Shown here one piece after another: positions 9,352 to 18,444 of a stretch of 64,000 nt of DNA. Origin of the DNA: Acidimicrobiia bacterium (GTDB lineage: Bacteria; Actinomycetota; Acidimicrobiia; Spongiisociales; UBA11373); contig JBBDMM010000016.1 in the NCBI GenBank assembly GCA_040878325.1, positions 1 through 64,000 of the forward strand. Reading direction: 5' to 3'. The notes under the pieces are model-generated. The model was not told where the DNA came from, made no database searches, and worked only from the letters and a program-made list of their open reading frames with translations. How positions within the stretch are numbered: the first letter of the stretch is position 1; each line of letters begins with the position of its first letter. Made by a program: the position numbers and the translations under genes.

Positions 9352-9478
9352 TCTACCCCCGGAGGGGGGAGTACGGGAACCCTCTGGGTTCCTTGGGGAG
9401 GGGGGCGCCCAGACCAAACCCCCCACAAGAAGCCTGGACCCCCTCTTGCTGGAGGCGGAAGGCGGAAGGCGGAGGGCC
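9352..9478. repeat. REP-like palindromic element followed by (GGCGGAA)n heptamers
   Basis: CCCCCGGAGGGGGGAGTAC...GGGGAGGGGG resembles elements at 12852 and 47013; ggaggcggaaggcggaaggcgg at 9451. Confidence 0.6.
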
Positions 9479-9484
9479 TGGCTC

Positions 9485-11038
9485 TTACGTCACCAACCGC
9501 TCGGTGGCCGACTTCATCTCCATGAACAGGCGGAGGTAGTCGGGCCCGCCCGCCTTGGCGTTGGAGCCTGACATGTTGAATCCCCCGAAGGGCTGCACCC
9601 CCACCAGGGCGCCGGTGATCTTCCGGTTGATGTACAGGTTGCCCACATGGAACTCACGCCGGGCGCGTTCGATCCGGGTGCGGTCCTTCGAGTAGAGGCC
9701 GCCGGTCAGGCCGAATTCGGTGCCGTTGGCGATCTCGAGGGCCTCGTCAAAGTCACTTGCCCGGATCACTGAGAGCACCGGGCCGAAGATCTCGTGCTGG
9801 GCGAGCCGGGCGTCGGGGGCGACGCCGGCGAACACCGTCGGCTGGATGTACCAACCGCCGTCCCGGTCGATCGCCGCCCCGCCGGCGACGACCTCCGCTT
9901 CCTTGATGCCCTTGGAGATCTCCCCGAGGATCGCCTTGTGCTGGGCGGCGGAGATGACAGGCCCCACAGGGAGGTTCTCCATCGGGGGCCCGACCTCCAG
10001 CACCGCTGCACCTTCCACCACGAGGTCGAGCACCTCGTCGTGGATGGCGTCGACGAGGATCAGCCGAGAAGCCGCCGAGCACTTCTGGCCCTGGAACCCA
10101 AAGGCCGACCGGACCGCATCGGCGGCGGCGGCCTTCAGGTCGGCCGTCTCGTCGACGACCATCGCGTCCTTGCCGCCCATCTCCATGTAGGCCCGCTTGA
10201 GCCACTTCTGGCCCGGGTGCACCTTGGCGGAGCGCTCGGCGATCCGTAGCCCAATCTCCTTCGATCCCGTGAAGTTGATGAATCGCGTCTTCGGGTGGTC
10301 GACGAGGAAGTCGCCCAACTCGCCGCCTGAGCCGGGCACATAGTTGATGACCCCGGGCGGGATTCCCGCCTCGGTGACCATCTCCATCCACCGGGCGCCG
10401 ATGATCGGAGTGTTCGACGCCGGCTTGAGCACGAGGGTGTTGCCCGCGAGGACCGGACCTATTGCCATGCCCACCAGGATCGCCAAGGGGAAGTTCCACG
10501 GCGGGATCGCCACCCCCGCCCCCATCGGGATCAGGTGTGACTCGTTCTCCTCGCCAGGCACCTGCACCACCGGCAGCGGCTCGGCGAGACGCACCGCCTG
10601 CCGGGCGTAGTAGTCGACGAAGTCGATCGCCTCGGCGACGTCAGCCTCGGCCTCGAGCCAGTTCTTGCCCGCCTCGAAGGTCTCGATGGCGGCCAACTCG
10701 TACTTATGGCGGCGCATGATCTCCGCGAGCGCCACCCCGCAGCGAGCACGATCCGCCGCGGACCACGACGCCCAGCCGGGGAACGCATCCCATGCTGCGC
10801 CAAGCGCCTGCCCCGCCTCGTCGATCCCGGCGGCGGCGACGGTGCCGACCACCTCATCGGGGCGCGCCGGGTTCACGCTGGTGATCGTCGATCCCGTTTC
10901 GACCGCCTCGCCGCCGATGGTCAGGGGGTACGACGCCCCGAATCGTGCCGCCACCCCGGCCAGGGCGAGCTCATACGCCGCCCTCTTTGCCGGGTCGGAG
11001 AAGTCGGAGTACGCCTCGGGGAAATAGGGCGGGAACAT
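9485..11038 (-). CDS. pruA: L-glutamate gamma-semialdehyde (P5C) dehydrogenase, RocA/PruA type
   Basis: EAIDFVDYY, PPWNFP, FTGS, EMGGKD, FQGQKCSA, EIFGPV, PFGGFNMSG, KAGGPDYL. Confidence 0.93.
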   Translation of the reverse strand: MFPPYFPEAYSDFSDPAKRAAYELALAGVAARFGASYPLTIGGEAVETGSTITSVNPARPDEVVGTVAAAGIDEAGQALGAAWDAFPGWASWSAADRARCGVALAEIMRRHKYELAAIETFEAGKNWLEAEADVAEAIDFVDYYARQAVRLAEPLPVVQVPGEENESHLIPMGAGVAIPPWNFPLAILVGMAIGPVLAGNTLVLKPASNTPIIGARWMEMVTEAGIPPGVINYVPGSGGELGDFLVDHPKTRFINFTGSKEIGLRIAERSAKVHPGQKWLKRAYMEMGGKDAMVVDETADLKAAAADAVRSAFGFQGQKCSAASRLILVDAIHDEVLDLVVEGAAVLEVGPPMENLPVGPVISAAQHKAILGEISKGIKEAEVVAGGAAIDRDGGWYIQPTVFAGVAPDARLAQHEIFGPVLSVIRASDFDEALEIANGTEFGLTGGLYSKDRTRIERARREFHVGNLYINRKITGALVGVQPFGGFNMSGSNAKAGGPDYLRLFMEMKSATERLVT

Positions 11039-11050
11039 GGGGTCAGTATC

Positions 11051-11125
11051 GGCCTCGCTGCGCTCGGCCCGCAAATGGCCTCGCTCCGCTCGGCCCGCGA
11101 TACGCAATGCGCGACGCGCAACGCC
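11051..11125. repeat. Two tandem GGCCTCGCTnCGCTCGGCC REP-like units followed by (ACGCAAT/GCGCGAC)-type heptamers
   Basis: ggcctcgctgcgctcggccc gcaaat ggcctcgctccgctcggccc gcgatacgcaatgcgcgacgcgcaacgc. Confidence 0.7.
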
Positions 11126-11149
11126 AACTCTGGCCATGGACCTCTCTGG

Positions 11150-12451
11150 CTATCGACTATCCACGATCGGCTCCATTGACTGGTCGCTCCAATCGCGGAT
11201 GTGGTCGTCTACTCCTTGCAGGACTACTCGTCCAGCGATGAGGAAGAGGATGAGGGTGGCGAGGGCGACTTCTCTCGGCAGGCCGGCCACGGTGACGATG
11301 ATGCCCCAGGTGAGCGGGCCGAGGAGGGTGGCGAATCGGCCAACGGTGGCGTACAAGCCGTAGAACTCCCCCAGGTGGCTCGGCGGCGAGATCCGCTGCA
11401 TGTACACCCGATCGGCTGCCCAAGTGGCCCCGAGTGCGAGCCCGCCCAGCGCGCCCAGGGGCCACGCGAGTGCCTTGCTGCCGGCGGCGCCCGCCACCAC
11501 TCCGATGACCATGGCGACCATCCACGCGTAGAGCACACCGTGAAGTATCCGTCGAGGCCCTAGCCGGTCCACCAGGCGGCCCCCGCCGTACCCTCCGACG
11601 ATCGCCATGGTGATCGCCACCGTCAGCAACGCCTGCAGTTCACCGGAGGTGAAGTCCAGTTCCTCCCTCGCGTAGATCGTCAGGTAGCCGCCGATCAGGG
11701 TGTTGATCGCATCGGTGTAGAGGAACCTGCCGACCAGAAATCGGGTGACCCCTTCGTAGGTGCGGGCGAGACGCCACGAGGCAACCAGCCGTCGGGCACT
11801 CGATCGGAGAGAAGGGGGCGCCCCTGTTCGTCGGGGCCGGGGCCGCTCGCGCACCCACAGGAAGGTGGGGATGGCGAAGAGCGCAAAGAGCACGGCGAGG
11901 ACCTTGAACACCGCGGCATGGCCCTCGGAGTCGAGCAACAGAGCGCCCACCCCGACCGCGATGAACGAACCCAGGTATCCGATCGCAATCCCCGCGCCGG
12001 AGACCCGACCCACGTTCTCCGCAGTCGATACGTCGGGAAGCAGCGCGTCGTAGACGACCGAGCCGAGGTTGACCCCGACCAGGGCGATCGAGAACAAGAC
12101 CAGCGAACCGACCACGTCGACCGACGCGAGAAAGAACGTGGGGATCACCGCGAGCACGGTCATCGGGATCAGGTATCGGATCCGTCTGCCCCGGTGGTCG
12201 CTCCGAGCACCGATCCACGGACCGAGGATGATGACCACGATCATCGCCGCGTCGACTGCCAGGGTGAGAGCCAGGTCGGCGGGATCCCCCCGACTCAGCC
12301 AACTCGGGAGCTGCGGGAGACGGCCCTGGTTCTCGGTGAGCCATTCGGCGAAGAACAGCGAGCCGACCCCGAGGGCAAAGATGGTGTTCGCCAGGTCGTA
12401 GACCGTCCACGACGCGACACTCAGTCGTCCGGGTCGCCAGGCGGGTTGCAC
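11150..12451 (-). CDS. MFS transporter (UMF1/Atg22-like)
   Basis: SWTVYDLANT, YDALLPDV, GRVSG.G...GYLG, GEFYGLY; about 12 TM segments; start uncertain. Confidence 0.88.
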   Translation of the reverse strand: MQPAWRPGRLSVASWTVYDLANTIFALGVGSLFFAEWLTENQGRLPQLPSWLSRGDPADLALTLAVDAAMIVVIILGPWIGARSDHRGRRIRYLIPMTVLAVIPTFFLASVDVVGSLVLFSIALVGVNLGSVVYDALLPDVSTAENVGRVSGAGIAIGYLGSFIAVGVGALLLDSEGHAAVFKVLAVLFALFAIPTFLWVRERPRPRRTGAPPSLRSSARRLVASWRLARTYEGVTRFLVGRFLYTDAINTLIGGYLTIYAREELDFTSGELQALLTVAITMAIVGGYGGGRLVDRLGPRRILHGVLYAWMVAMVIGVVAGAAGSKALAWPLGALGGLALGATWAADRVYMQRISPPSHLGEFYGLYATVGRFATLLGPLTWGIIVTVAGLPREVALATLILFLIAGRVVLQGVDDHIRDWSDQSMEPIVDSR

Positions 12452-12471
12452 CCGGCGACGGTAGACAGCCT

Positions 12472-12570
12472 TCAGTCTCCAGTCACCAGCAGGAGGGCCT
12501 TCCGCCTTCAGCAAGAGGGCCATCCGCCATCAGGAAGCAGGGAGCAGGACGCAGGAATCAGGGAGCAGGC
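12472..12570. repeat. Composite period-7 tandem array
   Basis: cagtctc cagtcac ... catccgc catcagg aagcagg gagcagg acgcagg aatcagg gagcagg. Confidence 0.8.
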
Positions 12571-12610
12571 CTTACGCGCGGCGCTCGCCTTGCCGTCGCA
12601 AGCCGAAGCG

Positions 12611-12763
12611 TCAGGCGGCTTGGTCTTGGGCGTGGTCGTGGTGGCAGGAAGGGCAATCGGCGACAGGGCACGCGCCTACCTCGATGGCCTTCAAGCCGAG
12701 TCGAGCTAGCCACGCCTCGACCGGTGTCTGTTCGCTGAGCAGGAGCCTGGTCTGATTCTTCAT
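12611..12763 (-). CDS. Small 50-aa protein with C-terminal CPxxxCPxC-HHDH motif
   Basis: Manual translation MKNQTRLLLSEQTPVEAWLARLGLKAIEVGACPVADCPSCHHDHAQDQAA; shorter than any ORF in the track. Confidence 0.55.
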   Translation of the reverse strand: MKNQTRLLLSEQTPVEAWLARLGLKAIEVGACPVADCPSCHHDHAQDQAA

Positions 12764-12830
12764 GTCTCTAAACGTATGACGAGGGTGTGACAGAAAGGGG
12801 TTCCCCGATTTTCGCGCTCTCGAAACATGA

Positions 12831-13071
12831 GGCCTCGCTCGCTCGGCGTCTCACCCCGGCTTCCGGGGGGAGTACCCGAAGGGGGAGGGGGGCAGCTGAC
12901 CCTTCGAGAAGGACTGGACCCGTTCTTGAGAAAGTCGCCGGAGTGCTCGCAGGGTCCGCTGCCCCCTCCGTCACCGCCGAGGACGGCGATGCCACCTCCC
13001 CCGCCGAAGGACGGCGGAGGAGGACGCTCTCGCTGGAGACTGGAGACTGGCGACTGGAGACTGGGGACTGC
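12831..13071. repeat. REP-like palindromic composite (oppositely oriented arms) plus (CTGGAGA)n heptamers
   Basis: GGCCTCGCTCGCTCGGC; CCCCGG..CCGGGGGGAGTAC..GGGGGAGGGGG; CCCCCTCCGTC...GCCACCTCCCCC; ctggaga ctggaga ctggcga ctggaga ctgggga. Confidence 0.7.
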
Positions 13072-13695
13072 CTACCCCGCCAGGATCGCCTCTACCTCGT
13101 CGTCGGTCACCTGGGCGAATTCCTCGTACCACTCGCCCACTGCCATGAATCGCTCGGGTTGGCGAGGGCAGACGATCTCGTCGACTTCGACGCCGAGCCG
13201 GGCGACCGTGGACGGCGGGCCTACCGGGATGGCGCACACCAGAACCGAAGGGCGGAGGCGGCGCAGATAGCGGAGAGCAGCCTGGAGGGTGGCGCCGGTG
13301 GCCACTCCGTCGTCGACCACTATCACGGTACGCCCCTCGACCTCGAGGTCGGTGGCCCCGAAAGCCTCCTCTCGCTGCCGGAGCTTCGCCATGGCCTTCT
13401 CGACCGCGGCGGTCAGTTGGGCCGCGGAGATGCCCAAGCGTTTCACGGTTATCTCGTCGATGAGGGTCACCCCATCGGGAGCGACCGCCCCGATGGCGAA
13501 CTCCGGGTTGCCGGGCGCGCCCACCTTGCCGGCCACGACCACCCCCAGTTCGCCGCCTAGCGCCTCGGCGATGGGCCGAGCCACCGGCAGACCCCCGCGG
13601 GGGACACCCAGCACGATCGGCCGTTCGCCTGCGTGGTGTGACAGCAGCTCGGCGAGGATCAGTCCGGCCTCGATCCGATTGCGGTATCGCTTCAC
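13072..13695 (-). CDS. Phosphoribosyltransferase family protein
   Basis: VLGVPRGGLPV, KVGAPGNPEFAIGA, VIVVDDGVATGAT, AVGEWYEEFAQVTDDEV. Confidence 0.92.
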   Translation of the reverse strand: MKRYRNRIEAGLILAELLSHHAGERPIVLGVPRGGLPVARPIAEALGGELGVVVAGKVGAPGNPEFAIGAVAPDGVTLIDEITVKRLGISAAQLTAAVEKAMAKLRQREEAFGATDLEVEGRTVIVVDDGVATGATLQAALRYLRRLRPSVLVCAIPVGPPSTVARLGVEVDEIVCPRQPERFMAVGEWYEEFAQVTDDEVEAILAG

Positions 13696-13751
13696 CCGAC
13701 CGAGGGTACCGGCCTCCTGTAGACACCCGGCCAGAGGGGTACGCTCGCCGG

Positions 13752-14657
13752 ATGCGACGCCTCGTCCTGGTCGCCAACCCCGCCGCCTCGGGATTCACCG
13801 CCTCACTCCACCGGGAGGTGGTGTTGATCCTTCAGGCCGGCTTCATCGTGACCACCATCTGGCCCGACGGGGCCGACGAGGCGCGTGCCGCCGCCGCCGA
13901 GGCTGCGGCTGAGGGTTACGACGTCGTCGTCGCCATGGGTGGCGACGGTGTCGCCCATCAGGTCGCCAACGGACTGATCGACTCGAACACTGCGCTGGGG
14001 GTGGTGCCGGCCGGGACCACCAATGTTCTTCGACGAATTCTCGGGCTCCCGGCGAAGCCGCGGCTGGCGGCGGAGGCCATCGCCCGATCGACAGGATCGC
14101 GTCACCTGCCGACGGTCCGGCTCGACACGATCGGGCCTGACGGACCGGCGACCCGGTTCGCCACCTTCGCCGCCGGCATCGGTTTCGATGCCGCGGTGAT
14201 CCGCGAATCCGAACGGCAGCCGATCAAGAAGGTGGGTGCCGGCACCCTCCACTACATGCGAAGCACCGTGCGCACGGTGCTCAGCGGTTACCGGCGCCGC
14301 CTCCCCACGCTGCGGGTGACGGTCGATGGGCGTTCGACTGATGCGGTGTCAGCGATCGTCCAGGTGCACGACGACTTCACCTACCTGGGTCGAACCGACC
14401 TCAGCCTGGGCGAGCCGCCGCCGGTGGCGGTGAGCATCCGCCGGGTGACCGCTGGCCGGCTGCTCAGCCTGGTGGTTCGAGCGGCCCGCCGTCGACCCGT
14501 CGACAGGGTCCGCGGGGTCCGGGTGTGGACCAACTTCTCAGGCATGACCGTCGACGCCGAACCGGCCGAGTGGATGGAGGCCGACGGCGAGCTGATCGGG
14601 AAAGTCACCCGGCTCGAGGTGACCCCGGAACCGTCGCGCCTGCTCGTCGTCGCCTGA
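13752..14657 (+). CDS. Diacylglycerol kinase family lipid kinase
   Basis: LVANPAAS, MGGDG, PAGTTN, GIGFDA, ADGE. Confidence 0.9.
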   Translation: MRRLVLVANPAASGFTASLHREVVLILQAGFIVTTIWPDGADEARAAAAEAAAEGYDVVVAMGGDGVAHQVANGLIDSNTALGVVPAGTTNVLRRILGLPAKPRLAAEAIARSTGSRHLPTVRLDTIGPDGPATRFATFAAGIGFDAAVIRESERQPIKKVGAGTLHYMRSTVRTVLSGYRRRLPTLRVTVDGRSTDAVSAIVQVHDDFTYLGRTDLSLGEPPPVAVSIRRVTAGRLLSLVVRAARRRPVDRVRGVRVWTNFSGMTVDAEPAEWMEADGELIGKVTRLEVTPEPSRLLVVA

Positions 14658-14662
14658 TCGGG

Positions 14663-15517
14663 TCACGCCAGTCGGGCGGCAACCACCTTGGCGTCGGCCA
14701 GTCGCCTGACTCCGTCCGCGTCGAGCACGCCCAGTTCCGTCACGATCGAATCGAACGACACGAGCCGAACCACTTCGAGCATCGGTGAGACGAGGGCGGC
14801 GGCGGAGGCCCGGTCGAACAAGGGAGTGGGCAAGGCCTTGTCCGCGCTGGCGAGGACGACCGCATGTACCCCGCGGTTTGATGCCTCCTTCGCCAGCGCG
14901 CCAGTTCCGGCCACGGTCACGGCGGCGTCGGGGCCGAGAGCATTGGCACCGACGAGCACCAGGTCGACGGCATAGAGGGCTTCGAGGACCATCGAGTCGT
15001 CGACGACCTCGACCGTGAGGCCGGTGCTGTTCAGGTCTGCGGCCATCAGGTGGCCCTCACCGCTGCCGGAAGAAGCTGAGCAGACCACCCTGATCCCCTT
15101 GTCCCGAGCGACTCCAAGCGCGGCCCGAACCGAGGAGGAGCCTCCGTAAGTGAGCACCGACCCCCCTTCGGGTATCAGCGCCGCCCCGACGGTCGACAGA
15201 ATCTCCAGCGATGCCGCGAGACGCTTCTGGAAGCCACGCGCCTCGGCGGCGACCACCGCCGGGCCATCCTCGATGGCCAGGAGGACCGCGTTCGCCAGCG
15301 CGACGAGGGGCGCCAGCGCCGGTTGCCGTTCGACGATCTCGTCGGCGATCGCCTCGATGGCAGCGGGATAGCACTCCGGGGCGTACCGGTTGAGGGCCTC
15401 GACGAAGTCGGCGAGATCGGTGGCGGCGTGAGATCCGATCTCGGCCGCTCCTCCCTCCGGCGCCCGCAACAGCGACCCGAGGCGCCGGTAGGAGGGCCAA
15501 TCGAGCCAGTCGGTCAT
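14663..15517 (-). CDS. eIF-2B alpha/beta/delta-like (IF-2B family) protein with degenerate active-site motifs
   Basis: RQPALAPL, VLTYGGSSSV, GEG, VDLVLVGAN, GTGALA, IVTELG follow the IF-2B fold pattern; ATGA overlap with the upstream GTPase. Confidence 0.7.
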   Translation of the reverse strand: MTDWLDWPSYRRLGSLLRAPEGGAAEIGSHAATDLADFVEALNRYAPECYPAAIEAIADEIVERQPALAPLVALANAVLLAIEDGPAVVAAEARGFQKRLAASLEILSTVGAALIPEGGSVLTYGGSSSVRAALGVARDKGIRVVCSASSGSGEGHLMAADLNSTGLTVEVVDDSMVLEALYAVDLVLVGANALGPDAAVTVAGTGALAKEASNRGVHAVVLASADKALPTPLFDRASAAALVSPMLEVVRLVSFDSIVTELGVLDADGVRRLADAKVVAARLA

Positions 15518-16758
15518 TCGGGTGCCACCGCCAGGATCTCGGATTCGGCCATGGATGCGTCGACCGTGAGACCGGCCAACACTGCCGAGAGTGAAGCACG
15601 CTCCCAGATGATCTCTCGTAGCGGCGCCCCAATCCGGGCCTGGAATTCCACGTCGAGGATGTCGGCCGCCGCCGCCTGCCGCTCCGGCACCACCGCCGCA
15701 CCGGGCTCTCGGGGTACGACCCTTTCCATCGTCTCGATTGCCCCTCGGAGCTCGGCATCGAGTCGGGCAGGGCTGAAGCTCTGCCTGATCCGTGTACCAA
15801 ACGGACCGCCGGCATCTGCCGAGAGACGGAGGATCAGCTGATCGAGTGACCGTCGCGCCTCCTCATAGACCGCCACCGTCGGCCCGTGGAGGGCGAGTTG
15901 GGTGACGGCGGTGGCACGGAAGCCCTCCCAGCGCTTCTCGAAGTCGAGGGAACCCCCCTTGGTGACACCGGTTGCACCCGCCAACGCCCGGGTGGCCCGG
16001 CGAATGTCCTCGACGATTCGTCCCAAATGAACCTGCTTCTCGTCGAGTCGATCACCGAGGTGCTCGACCAACGCCTCGATGCCCATCGGTTCGCCCGATG
16101 GCGGCGCGGCGGCGACTTCGAACACGACCGGATGAGAAATCCCGTCGTTGATCAGCAGTTCGATCAGGTGGGCCCGCACCATCTCGCGTTCATCGACGGC
16201 CACCGTGTCGATCTGATTGAGCACGAAGATCAACCGGTCGGCGGCGCCGGCGTTGGGAGCGATGAAGTCCTTGTGCACCACGGCGTCGGCGTACTTGATC
16301 GGATCGAAGACCCAGACACCCACGTCGACCGCGGGGAGCAGTTCTTCGACCCGGCGACGGTGGGCGAGAATCATCGAGTCGACATCGATCATGTCGAGGA
16401 CCGCGAGGTCCGCAAAGCGATCCTGGGCGACCCGATTGCCGATTTCGAGGCGGTCGAGTAGCAGGCGCAGCGAAGACTCGGCGTCACGGGGAATCCACGC
16501 CAGCGGCTCGGTTGTGTGCGGGCGCACCGCGCTCGCCGATGCCACCCGCCGACCGGCGAGCGCATTCAACAGGCTCGACTTGCCGGCCCCCGTCCCCCCG
16601 AGCAGCGCAAGCACCAAGGTCGATCCGAGGTGACCCACCCGGCTCCGGGCCGAAAGGGCCGACGTCCGCGCCGCCCGCAGGTCGTCAGGGTGGAGGTGAT
16701 CTCGGGCCAAGCCGACTACAAGGTCGAGTCCGTCGACGATCGACACGACGTCGGTCAT
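15514..16758 (-). CDS. Dynamin-like / P-loop GTPase (second of a pair)
   Basis: GGTGAGKSSLLNAL, RPHT, LDMIDVDS, DPIKYADA, VLNQID; ATG 16758 overlaps the stop of the upstream gene. Confidence 0.85.
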   Translation of the reverse strand: MTDVVSIVDGLDLVVGLARDHLHPDDLRAARTSALSARSRVGHLGSTLVLALLGGTGAGKSSLLNALAGRRVASASAVRPHTTEPLAWIPRDAESSLRLLLDRLEIGNRVAQDRFADLAVLDMIDVDSMILAHRRRVEELLPAVDVGVWVFDPIKYADAVVHKDFIAPNAGAADRLIFVLNQIDTVAVDEREMVRAHLIELLINDGISHPVVFEVAAAPPSGEPMGIEALVEHLGDRLDEKQVHLGRIVEDIRRATRALAGATGVTKGGSLDFEKRWEGFRATAVTQLALHGPTVAVYEEARRSLDQLILRLSADAGGPFGTRIRQSFSPARLDAELRGAIETMERVVPREPGAAVVPERQAAAADILDVEFQARIGAPLREIIWERASLSAVLAGLTVDASMAESEILAVAPE

Positions 16759-18200
16759 TCGCCTCCCCCGGCGACGGTCATCTTGGCGAGCAGCCCATCG
16801 GGCGATCCCGCCCCGGCGCGTTCGAGGAACCGCATCGAGTCGGCGTAGATGATGCCCTTCAACTCCTCTTCGAGACGCCGGCGGGCGGCGACGACGATGC
16901 CCTGGTGACGATCGAGGAGGCGCGCCGCCTTGCGGTCGGGCCTGAAACGGGGATCGACCGCGGCTCGGCGGATGGTGTCCACCAATCGGTCCCGCTTCCG
17001 GCGGCGGACCGACCGCCCCGAAACCTCCTGGGCAAGGCTCGGCAGGTCGGCCGTCCACCATTCGAGCCGTTCTCGGGCCGCAGCGGGAATCTCCGGGCTG
17101 TGCCCGAACATCTCCGCGTCGAGCCGATCGGATGCGAGAGCCTCCCACCGCTCGGCCACTGTCCGTGCGGCGCGGCCGGCACGGCGGGCAGCCCCGGACG
17201 AGAGCGCGGCCACGAACGCCTCGCGGTCGGTTCCCGTCTCGGCAAAGGCGCCGCTCCGCAGGTCGCGCACCATTTCCGCGGCGGCGCGGCCATACGCGAT
17301 CCGGGCGGGGTCGATCAGCGAGATGCGCCTGGTCTCGGCCGAGATCAGCATCTCGCGCAGTCGTGACAACGAGACGGTCAGCCGACTCTCGGCGGACGCC
17401 AGACCTTGCCGAACCAAGGCTGATCGCGCCGATGGGTCAACGAGTGCCTCCAACTCCTTGCGGATCCCGGCAATCCACTCACCGGGAAGTCCTCCGCCGT
17501 CCGGCGACACCGGGCCCTCGGTGATCGTGACGATGAGTTCGGCGTCCGGACGCACGAGCAGGCCACGCCCGGCGAGCTTGTCGGCGTAGTCGGCCACCAG
17601 AACCGAGCTCAGTTCGGTGCCTGCCGGCACCCGGTTCAGCACGAAAACGGTGGGAATGCCCCGATCGCGGGCACGGTCGGCGAGCTCGATCCCGGCTGCG
17701 TCTGCATATCGGCTCGAACCGGCCACCAATAGACAGGCGTCGGCGACGGAGAGGATCTGCCCGGCGATCGAGTCGCCCTCGTCGTCGAGCACGCCAGGGG
17801 GCGGGGTGTCGACCAGCACGATGCCTTCGGGTGGCGGTCGCAGGGTGTCGACGAGGCGGCCGGGCAGTCGCCGCCGCAGCGCGTCGAGCGTTGGGGGAAG
17901 GCGCGACCCGGTCCACGCCACCGGCTCGGTGGTCGTGGGGCGACGAGTGCCCTCGGCGCTGATACGGCGGCGGGCGATCGAGTTGACGATGGTCGACTTG
18001 CCACTGCCCGACACCCCCACCACCGCCACCACCACGGCGCCGTCGGGATCACGCAGGCGGGGGACGAGGTATTCGGTGACCATCCGGCCGGTGTCGAGAC
18101 GAAGTCGTTCGGCCCGCTCACCGAGAATCGAGAGGTCGGCCTGGCCGAGGGCTTCGCCGATCCCCTCGAGCCGGTCCGGTGACAGAGCGTGGTCGGGCAT
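16755..18200 (-). CDS. Dynamin-like / P-loop GTPase (first of a pair)
   Basis: GVSGSGKSTIVN, RPTT, VDTP, RYADA, FVLNRV; helical C-terminal part. Confidence 0.85.
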   Translation of the reverse strand: MPDHALSPDRLEGIGEALGQADLSILGERAERLRLDTGRMVTEYLVPRLRDPDGAVVVAVVGVSGSGKSTIVNSIARRRISAEGTRRPTTTEPVAWTGSRLPPTLDALRRRLPGRLVDTLRPPPEGIVLVDTPPPGVLDDEGDSIAGQILSVADACLLVAGSSRYADAAGIELADRARDRGIPTVFVLNRVPAGTELSSVLVADYADKLAGRGLLVRPDAELIVTITEGPVSPDGGGLPGEWIAGIRKELEALVDPSARSALVRQGLASAESRLTVSLSRLREMLISAETRRISLIDPARIAYGRAAAEMVRDLRSGAFAETGTDREAFVAALSSGAARRAGRAARTVAERWEALASDRLDAEMFGHSPEIPAAARERLEWWTADLPSLAQEVSGRSVRRRKRDRLVDTIRRAAVDPRFRPDRKAARLLDRHQGIVVAARRRLEEELKGIIYADSMRFLERAGAGSPDGLLAKMTVAGGGE

Positions 18201-18237
18201 GCGGCGATTGTGGCATGGAAAGAGCCGGACGGCCTGC

Positions 18238-18383
18238 GGCCTTCCGCCAACCGCCATCCGCCAACCGCCATCCGCCATCCGCGGGAGCCTGCCGACGCGT
18301 CGCGCATTGCGCATCGCGGCCGAGCAAAGCGAGGCCTCTTCCCAATCGCCAATCGCCAATCGCGGCCAAGCAAAGCGAGGCGC
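18238..18383. repeat. Composite heptamer array (CCGCCAW)n, (CCAATCG)n with two GCCRAGCAAAGCGAGGC REP-like units
   Basis: ccgccaa ccgccat ccgccaa ccgccat ccgccat ... ccaatcg ccaatcg ccaatcg. Confidence 0.8.
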
Positions 18384-18444
18384 ATCGCGTTCTTGTCACA
18401 CCCAACACATATGTTGCGGTCATGCCCCAAACAGGAGGAATCGA

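Noticed and set aside
17617..18444. Long N-terminal extensions in the ORF track (rmuC, also pepN, pruA, LCP, moaA)
   Set aside because: The extensions run through intergenic repeats or opposite-strand genes; family motifs begin at the downstream starts used here.
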